Source: the human T2T-CHM13v2.0 reference genome, Homo sapiens. From it: a stretch of 64,000 nt of DNA. The number at the start of each line of letters is the position of its first letter. Position 1 is the stretch's first letter. The stretch lies in NCBI RefSeq assembly GCF_009914755.1, contig NC_060926.1; one strand, 5' to 3'. Below, in pieces: positions 55,966 through 64,000 of the stretch. The position numbers and the translations under genes are program-made. The notes under the pieces were generated by a model. The model did not search any database. It saw nothing but the letters and a program-made list of their open reading frames with translations, and was not told the DNA's origin.

Positions 55966-58528
55966 GGTTGCCTATCTGGTCACATTCACAAAGTAATGGA
56001 AAGCAGGAGCTTTCTTAAGTCACATGTATCATACTGACATGTTCAGTGACATTAAACAATCAGGAAGCATAAGCCATACGTGTTTATGGCCATTTAAATA
56101 GAGAACATGCAAAAAAAAGTGAAAACAGTCCAATGTGGGATTTTAATATACATGACTCTAAAATGCACGAGACCTGGGGATCTGGAAATCATGAGAATTA
56201 TAACTTAATTTCTTATTGATTATCCTTGTTATTCTTGTTTTTAAACTGGATAGCTATGAAATTCACTAATTCTTTCAAGTTGCTAGGGATCTATGAGTGC
56301 TCTTAAGTAGAAATAATGTTCAAGGTCATTTAGATGAGACCATAACAACGGTCCAGGCACTTAGATGAAATGAATATAAAAAAGCTATGTACCCTGTAAG
56401 CATTCATCACTCAGGAAAGGTGACATTTTTGCTTAGTTGAGTTCTGAGGCTGACGCTCAGGGTCAAAGAACATAAGTGATGCATAAATTAGTTTTGTTCT
56501 ATCAGCCATTTTTACGTTTTTTTTTCCCTTGAATATAACACCTGAACCTGAAAATAATCTCAACCCGAATGAACTGGAAATCTTATTTGCCAGACGTCAA
56601 GAAAAAGGGCTTGGGAACAAATAAAAGTGTTTATGCTCTTACCCAGGTTCTGCCACTAACCTGGTCATCACACATAACCTTTCCTGGATTCTCTAACAAT
56701 ACATAAATAAATAAAACTTGCTAGGCTCAAACACAAAGCCAGGATGAAATTGAGCTCATTCAATAAAAATATTCTGGAAATTCATAGGTGCATAAGTTGT
56801 TTCAAGGCACTCTTGGCTGGAGGTTGGGGGAGAGATAATATTTTTATTATCTTATTATAGTCTTACTTTTTAGTAGTTCTTATTGTATTTTAAACATGAA
56901 GGCAGTTAAATGGTGTTAAAATTTTAAAAGTATTATAGTTTGGACCAGAGATAAACTGAATTTGTTTAATATTTACTTGTCTGTTTTTTTCCCTAAATTT
57001 TCTCTTAATGAAGTGAACTTATTTATTTTAAAATTAGTTTTTATGAAGAACATGGCAGACAATGTACATACTGGCTACAGGCAGAGCTTTGTTGATATTT
57101 CATCTGAATAGAAATCATCTATCCCTAGCCATTAATACATGATCTGTATTGGGAGAATCATCCATTCTCAATTAATTATTCAATAGTCACTTGACACACA
57201 TGAAATAGGGAAAATAAGCAAAATGGAGCCAATCCTTCTAGGAAGACTGACTCTGCCTTTATCACTCCATCTCCCAATTCTGTGATACTCAAAAGAATCC
57301 AATCTTTTGTTTTCCTTCTACGTTTCGTGGTGATCTTTTGCACTCCATTTTCAGTTCAAATTTTCAAAGTGACTCAATGCTTCAGAAGAATCCTAATGGA
57401 TTTGCTATTCTGAGTTGAATTATCCTATGTACCAGGCACTACACTGTTCAATTATGCATCTTGGTAATTCCAAATTCTTTATCTTATAGAAAGAGCTATC
57501 CATTTGCAAAATAAAATGCATTTCAGATACATCTAATTCTGCTTCTCTTTAACAAATTACTTTTTCCACTCTTAACTGTTCCTGATTATGCATGATCTCT
57601 GAATCCCTACATTAAAAATGCATAGAAAAATAAAAATTTTCATTTAAAACACCCTCCCACACAGTACAAGCTGTCATTGTGTCATATTTGTTTCCTAATT
57701 TAAGGAAGGAAGCTATATTTCATGGGTCCTTCATTAAATTGCCTTCTCTGTATTTTAAAGTGGCATTAGGATACTTAAGACAATTTTCCCATAAAATAAT
57801 GTTCATTTTAAAATTTGTTTCTATTAATCAGTGCAAAAGTATGCAACTTCAAATTACAGTATGGAAATTATCATATCTACCTAGCATATTATTCATGATT
57901 CACAAGTAGATTTGCTAGAAGAAAAAAACTATCTTTTTTATTTTGTAAAACATAACTGTAAAGCCTGCTCTCATAACCATAGAAATGTACTGTTAAAGCT
58001 GAAGTGCTGTATAGGCCATGGAATACACAGTTTTCTATAATTACCTAAGCCAAAATATAATGAAAAACAAAAACCCACATGAAGACAGAGCGCAACAAAA
58101 TAGCCCTTTCTTTCTTCCCCTCCTCCTAATCCTGTGAAGGCTACAGAAGTCTCCTAAAGACCAGTTTTTTTTCTTCCTAACTAACTCTCCTTGCTGTTTA
58201 AACAATTACAAATCTTATCAAGTCTTCATTTCTCTTAAAGTCAAGTGAGAGAGAACTGCCAACTCTAATAAGATTTACAAAGGCTAGTTCCCCTTAGCAC
58301 TGTCAGCAAAAATCAAAGACATTATACAATAAAACGCAGCCACACAGAGCTTTTGTCCCTATAGCTTTCGAAATCAGATTTAATAATTCACCTTTTTTCA
58401 CCCATTTCAGCCACAAATGCCATTTATCCATGTGTTGATTGCCTTGCTTTGACCCATAAGCTATCTACTTTAAATCCTGACATCTCCTACTTAGCCACTG
58501 ATTCGTCTTTTTCACACCACTCACTCAC

Positions 58529-58627
58529 TTTCTGTTAGAGGCTTTGCTGTATTTATACAACAGTATTTTCCTTGGTCATTGTCATGTAACAGCACCGGCA
58601 AAACACACTGAAGACCGAATTTTATTT
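58529..58627 (-). CDS. NRXN1: NRXN1-alpha 99-nt alternative cassette exon, (E)IKFGLQCVLPVLLHDNDQGKYCCINTAKPLTE(K)
   Basis: Strong acceptor ttctcttttctcctctttag| and donor AAA|gtgagt. Phase 1-1 and stop-free in frame with the upstream exon. The peptide is one I recognise from the long human NRXN1-alpha isoform. Too short for the ORF track. Confidence 0.92.
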
Positions 58628-59659
58628 CTAAAGAGGAGAAAAGAGAACTTAGGTATGACTTTTGTAGTTTAATGCCACACTGTTTTAAGCCCCAAGAACC
58701 ACAGAAATTACAACTTGGCCTCCACTACCCAGATAAATGTCATTAGCCGAATATCCTTAGAAAATCTCTTGCAATCCCTTACATGCATCCCTGTTTATTA
58801 GTCTGCAGAAGCTTCCCAATCCAGCAACATCTAAATTTCTCTACTACTTTATTTCTCTTTATAAGGCATTTGTTAATTAAGAAATCTTATTTAATCTCTA
58901 ACATTTTTAAACGTCAGCTGACCTCACACTTCAAGAAACCGCATAAATGACAAAATTTTACTTAAATTTCACAAATGTTGGACTTGGATATAACAGTGGA
59001 AACCAACATTATTCCAAAAAGCCTCCTGCTAATGAAGAAACGCTTCACATCCTCTCTTTCCCTTTTTCCACAACGAAAAGCAGGTTTTTACCGCTCTATC
59101 TGCAAAAGGCAGAGCACTGCCCGTGAACCCTGTCTTTCTCGTCCTTTACCACGAGTGACCAGAACCACGTGGGGATTCTCAACCACGGCCGTGGTATACC
59201 TCTCCTGTGCTTCATTTCTCATCAAACACATGCCCAATCTTCTAGATGCTTGTTTGCATCTTAAGGGCAAAGTCTGTGTGTTACAGATTTAGAAGTGGTA
59301 GAGACAAGTACAGTGGTCATATAGGTGGGCCGCGGCCCAATATAGGGCCCAACCTGCCAAAGAACCCGAGGAATAAGAAGAGGCCATTGTATTTGCCACT
59401 TGGAAGGGAGTAGTGTTGGTAGAAAGGTCTCCAGAAGGAACTCAAACTTGGATATGGGGGCTGCCAATCCTTAGGAGGATGTCAAGGGAGAAGCTGTGGA
59501 GGTGGTAAGGTAGAGAGTCCCCCAGAAACAAGGTCCTTCCCTCGAAGCGAACTGCCACACGTTTGCCAAGATTAGGAAGACCCCATGCACCAGCCCGGTC
59601 CCCTCCTCCCCGAGCCCCGCCCAGGCCCCGGCCCCCGTGGGTCGGGCGTCGGGCCTTAC
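58628..59659 (-). other. NRXN1: NRXN1 intron (1032 nt) between the first coding exon and the 99-nt exon
   Basis: GT...AG boundaries read directly from the sequence. Confidence 0.9.
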
Positions 59660-60520
59660 CTTGGCTGCAGTCCTTGCCGCGGAAGCCGGTTCGCGAGCAG
59701 TCGCACACGGCCTGGTCGTCCACCACGGAGCACACACCTCCGTTGAGGCACACCCCGCCCTCGCCCTCCTCGCCCGCCTCGCACGGGCTTCCCCCGCCGC
59801 TGTTGGGCGGCTCATCGTCCAGCTTCACCTCGCCGCTGTCCACGGGCAGGACCTGCGAGGAGTTGACCCTCACGTCACGAATCCACCCCTTGAAGGGCTC
59901 CCGCTCCCTCACCGAGGCCAGGGTGAGCTTGAGCGCCGCGGCGCGCAGTTCCGGGGGCAGCCCCCCGACGAAAAGGCCGCTGAACACCGTCATGTCCCTG
60001 CGCTTGGACTTGACCTCCACCCACTTGGCCTCCACCTGGTCGATGAAGAGCGTGGTGTTGCGGAACTGGCGGCGGATGCGCACGCTGTGCCAGGCGCCGT
60101 CGTTAACCGGCGTGTCGGCCAGGAGCGTCGCAGGCTCAGCGCAGAAGATGGAGAAGCTGAGCTGCAGGCGGCCGCCGCGCGTCAGAATCAGCTCCAGGAA
60201 GTCGCAGAAGCCCTCGTCGTCGAAGTAGAGCACGAGGCCGCGGGCGCTGCGAGTCTTGAGCTGGAAGCTCATCTCGCTCTCGCAGCAGGCGTTCCACTTG
60301 GGGAAGCGCGTCCATTGGCCCTCGGCGCCCGGAAACTCCAGCCCGCTGCCCAGCTCCGCCCAGCAGCCCAGGAGCAGCAGCGAGAGGCACAGAAGAAAAC
60401 AGCCCCCGCGCTGGAGCAGCGCCGTCCCCATGCTCGGGGCTGGGGTGCGGCGGGGGGGTGCCGGGGCCGACAGGGTCAAAATGGTCCTGGACACCGTGAC
60501 GAAGAAATAAGGGTCCCGAG
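59590..60520. promoter_or_regulatory. CpG island over the first coding exon
   Basis: Abrupt switch to very GC-rich, CpG-dense sequence in an otherwise CpG-depleted window. Confidence 0.92.
59660..60431 (-). CDS. NRXN1: Neurexin-1 alpha, first coding exon (signal peptide, LNS1/laminin-G domain, EGF1)
   Basis: Translates MGTALLQRGGCFLLCLSLLLLGCWAELGSGLEFPGAEGQWTRFPKWNACCESEMSF...GVCLNGGVCSVVDDQAVCDCSRTGFRGKDCSQ, the recognisable NRXN1-alpha N-terminus. ATG at 60431-60429. Ends at phase-1 donor CAAG|gtaagg (GT at 59659-59658). 772 nt. Confidence 0.98.
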
Positions 60521-61352
60521 AGACAGAAAGGTAAGGGGAAAGGCGGGAGTGAGAGGGATGTGCCCTCCTTTATCTAGTTCTTTTTTTCTTCTTCTTCTTC
60601 CAATAACCCCGCCCTCTCTCCCTGTAGTCCTCTTCCAACTGGAAAACGTTGACCCCAGTGGTACAGGGTAGCCACAGAACTTCCAGACCAAAGGGAGGAT
60701 GCACTTTGGAGACAACGTTCTGGAAAAGGCTTCAACAAAAGATCAAGGGAAAGCACTGACCCATTTGAGTCTGATTAACTAATTTAAGAGTATCTGCAGT
60801 GTCAACAGATACTTAACTCCTCAAATCCCATTATCTGCCAGGTTCCACCAGTGGTACCAGGCCAAAAGGAAGCAGTGAGAGTCAGTAAAAAGAAAACACT
60901 TTTCTCAAGAAAGTACAGGAAGCCAGCAGTGAGCCAGTATCCTTGGATGCTTGTGAATGCCTCAAGTCTGTCTCCTTCAGATGTGGTGTCTTACAGCAGA
61001 ACGGAGAAAGGGATGCTTGCCTCTTTAGGGCACCATTTCTTAACCCGAGGATAGCTTCAAAGGCCTGCTTCTTCTGTCATAGCATGGGCTTCAGCACCGC
61101 TGCAGCCAAAGCCTAATTCCTTGTGCGTGGTCTCACAAGTTGGATTTTACTTCTCTTTTCAGCCACGGCAACAGTAGGACTCAAACCCAGCAGTTGCGAA
61201 ATAGCCAGAAGCTGTTAGATGTGGAAATCGCAACAGCTCCTCTTCTTTTCTCTCTGCCTCTGCAGGGCCAAGCTAAGATGCCAGCACATCAATTGGTTGT
61301 GTGTTGGTGATGCATTTTGGTTTTATCTTGTCTTTTTTAAGGACTCAGACAT
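60432..61352 (-). other. NRXN1: 5'UTR portion (921 nt) of the NRXN1-alpha first coding exon
   Basis: Acceptor gactttaattctctgcag|ATGTCTG (AG at 61354-61353). The length agrees with my recollection of the annotated exon (c.-921 to c.772). Confidence 0.85.
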
Positions 61353-62692
61353 CTGCAGAGAATTAAAGTCAAAATTAAGGTCTAAAGTCAATATAGTATT
61401 ATATAAATCATTATTCAGCTCATAACACAAGTGTAGACCTGGTCCTATTAGTAAGGCAAAGAGTTAACCTTCTTGTATGGAGCTTTTGTTATCCTCACTA
61501 CAAGTAAGTCCTAACATTTTCTAATAGTTAATATGACACTTTTACAGTCAGCCATGACACCCTTGTAGTTTATTATAACTGTTAGTTGGTAACCCGAAGT
61601 TTTAAAGAGAAATTTGATTATGGTTATCTTTTTCTTTTCGCAAGATAGTTTAATTTTTAAAATATGTGAGGGGAGAACAAATGCTTTTAAGGATTTCTAC
61701 CTATGTTGTGTGCTTGTTCTGTGGACAGTAAAAATACAACCTATTCAAATCTCAGTTAAGAGATTTTACAATTGGCAAATTAGATTAAACTGTTGGCAGG
61801 AAGCTGCCAGCTTAGACTTGTATAGCATTCCTGCCATTTTATTTTTCTTAGAAGGAATATTGATGGTTTCTTGATAGTCTCTTGCAAAATTTCACACAAG
61901 TATAGTTCTCCTTTATATTAATGAATAATCTGTTGTAAAAGAAAACCACTAATTGGAGCCAGATTTATGTTTTTGGCATTGTCTCAATTGCCCTAATATT
62001 AACTTCTCTAAAGGTGCATAAAGTATTTAATATTTTGCCTAAAAGTGTAGATCTAACTCCTCCTGAAGTCTGTATCTTGCTGTCAGCCCTCACAATTTGT
62101 GTGGTCAGAAGAGCTGTTGGCATGTATGTCATCTCAGCTGCAGTGGCTCCAGGATGCTAGAATTTAAAACCGTACCTTTGAATCACTCACTATACTATTA
62201 AATCACTTCTCTTTATTCAACTCTAATCTGACAGGTTCTTGAAATGGTACAGAAATCATAATCACTGATTTTTTTCCTAAGTCATTTTTTAACCAAAAAA
62301 TTACTCTTACCTTTTGAAAAAAATTACAAATGTATAATCTGTTCATGTCAAGGAAGTGCATTATTTTTCTCACTATTTCTTATATTCCCCACCTCTTGCA
62401 AACACACACACTGCAATATATATACACCATACACACATGCACACACACACCCCAAATTTATTGTCTGGATGTAGAAGCTCACTACCCAATTAACACTTTT
62501 TTTCCCTTACAAGCTGAAACTAGCAGTAATTTATGGCACCGCATTGTGCTGCTGCTTCTCCATGGGGGGAGCTGAGAGCATTTCTCTTCAGTACAGAGCA
62601 ATCCCCACAGGTGTCAGCTGAGAGCCACCAAGCTAGGGTATCCCACTTCAAGTTCCTCCCAGATGAAATTGATGACTGGTTCTCTCTCTTTC

Positions 62693-62732
<40 letters not shown>

Positions 62733-64000
62733 GTGGGTGTGCGCACATACACACTGCCCACTAGCAAAAGGAAATAAAAATCTCAGTTGCTTATTTATTA
62801 TGGCTGATACATTCCACACCATCAGCAATCACCAGTCATATCTTGTCTTCTCCTATATCAAACCCGAGGAAAGAGGCTCGTCAAATCATCTGAAATAGCA
62901 TATTATTCAGTATACTTTCATATTTTAAGTGGACTCAGGAATCTGCTAAATTTTCAGTCATTTGCAAAATAAATCTGGAATATCATGATCAAGAGTAGTG
63001 CTTTGAACCCTTTCTCAAGCTCATGTGTTAGAAAACCTTTTTTTTTTTCTTGTGTGTGTAACTCTGTTGGAGCCAATTATTGTATTAATTAATGTTACAT
63101 TGATCACATAACCTTTTTTCTCCCGTCCCTCCTGCCCTCCTCCACTAATGCACACCTTGACAATTTTAAGGGATGGTGGAAGAGAGAAAAACCGTAGAGC
63201 AATATATATGTACATATAGATATATATACATTCTTATCACAGGGAGGTTAACTGGTTTTCCCAGTTCTTGGAGGAAGCTCATTGTATGTGAGCGAGTATC
63301 TGTATTTATATGGAGAAAAGAGGATTCTCTCTAGGTGCCAGAAAGACCTGGCCAGTTCACAAATTAGAGGATGAAATAAAGGGATCTGAAAAACATCCTT
63401 ACTGCAGCCAAAAGAAGAAGCGCTCTAATTCAAAAGCAGACTAACAGCATCATTAATCTTTTCTTTCATTTCTAGAATCAAATTCATCCCAAGTCACTAG
63501 GAGGATCAATACAGTACGCTCATCGGCTGCAGTTGCATATTTTAATGTTTCTGATATCACACACACATACACACCTACACCTTTCCATGCACCCTTCAAT
63601 ATATATATATATCTTCATAAAGAACATGAAATCTCTGAGAGAAATTTTAGAAGTGCTTATTATTTCACCCCTGGCTTTTGCAAAGTCTCTCAATACCAAT
63701 GCACAGCCAAAATTCTCTCTGGCTTTCCCACCCAGTCTCTAAGCTCCATCTCTAATACCAGTGCAGTTTCTTGGAGCTCGGGGTCTACTGCACAAATTAA
63801 CGATGGGCACAGTGTGGGGCTGATGAGGTAGGGAAGGAAATATATGGAGAGATATTTTATTGCTTTGATATCTAGCCTGTCTCTTATTTTCTTTCTTTTG
63901 CTAATACATCACTGCATTCAGCCTTTAAGTTACTACCCCAGTTCCACCATCTCTTCTTGCCATCTATTTAAAAGGCTTCATGCAAAACAACCAAGATCTA
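61353..64000 (-). other. NRXN1: NRXN1-alpha intron upstream of the first coding exon
   Basis: Lies 5' of the acceptor at 61353. No CpG-rich promoter is visible, so the first exon is presumably beyond the right edge. Confidence 0.7.
62695..62730. repeat. (CA)n microsatellite
   Basis: Read directly, about 18 units. Confidence 0.96.

Noticed and set aside
60432-60494. 21-aa N-terminal extension (MSRTILT...) in the ORF track
   Set aside because: Starts at GTG, not ATG. The signal peptide follows the ATG at 60431, and an in-frame stop lies at 60570-60572.
59563-60671. Long plus-strand ORFs (344 aa, 221 aa) and alternative-frame minus ORFs over the exon
   Set aside because: Shadow ORFs of a GC-rich coding exon: low-complexity composition and no independent gene signals.

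Overview
Human (primate) genomic DNA from the 5' part of NRXN1 (neurexin-1 alpha), which is transcribed on the minus strand. Near the right end is the large first coding exon (59660-61352). It holds a 921-nt 5'UTR portion and 772 nt of CDS encoding the signal peptide, LNS1 and EGF1, and lies under a CpG island. A 99-nt in-frame cassette exon follows at 58529-58627. The remaining ~58 kb is AT-rich intron filled with Alu, L1, L2, MIR, LTR and DNA-transposon remnants. The upstream non-coding exon/promoter and the downstream SS1 micro-exons were not seen in the window. Almost all other ORFs in the track are noise or repeat-derived. I do not see a new multi-gene system. The best leads are (i) post-transcriptional control of alpha-NRXN1: 8 uORFs, a tandem donor and RBFOX/G-run motifs around the cassette exon, and possible truncated secreted LNS1-EGF1 isoforms; and (ii) structural scars: a 78-bp inverted templated insertion inside an Alu, a 148-bp internally deleted MER11-type LTR with intact TSD, a twin-primed L1 with a very large gap, and several local duplications. 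Repeat subfamily names come from my recall of consensus sequences and need RepeatMasker confirmation.
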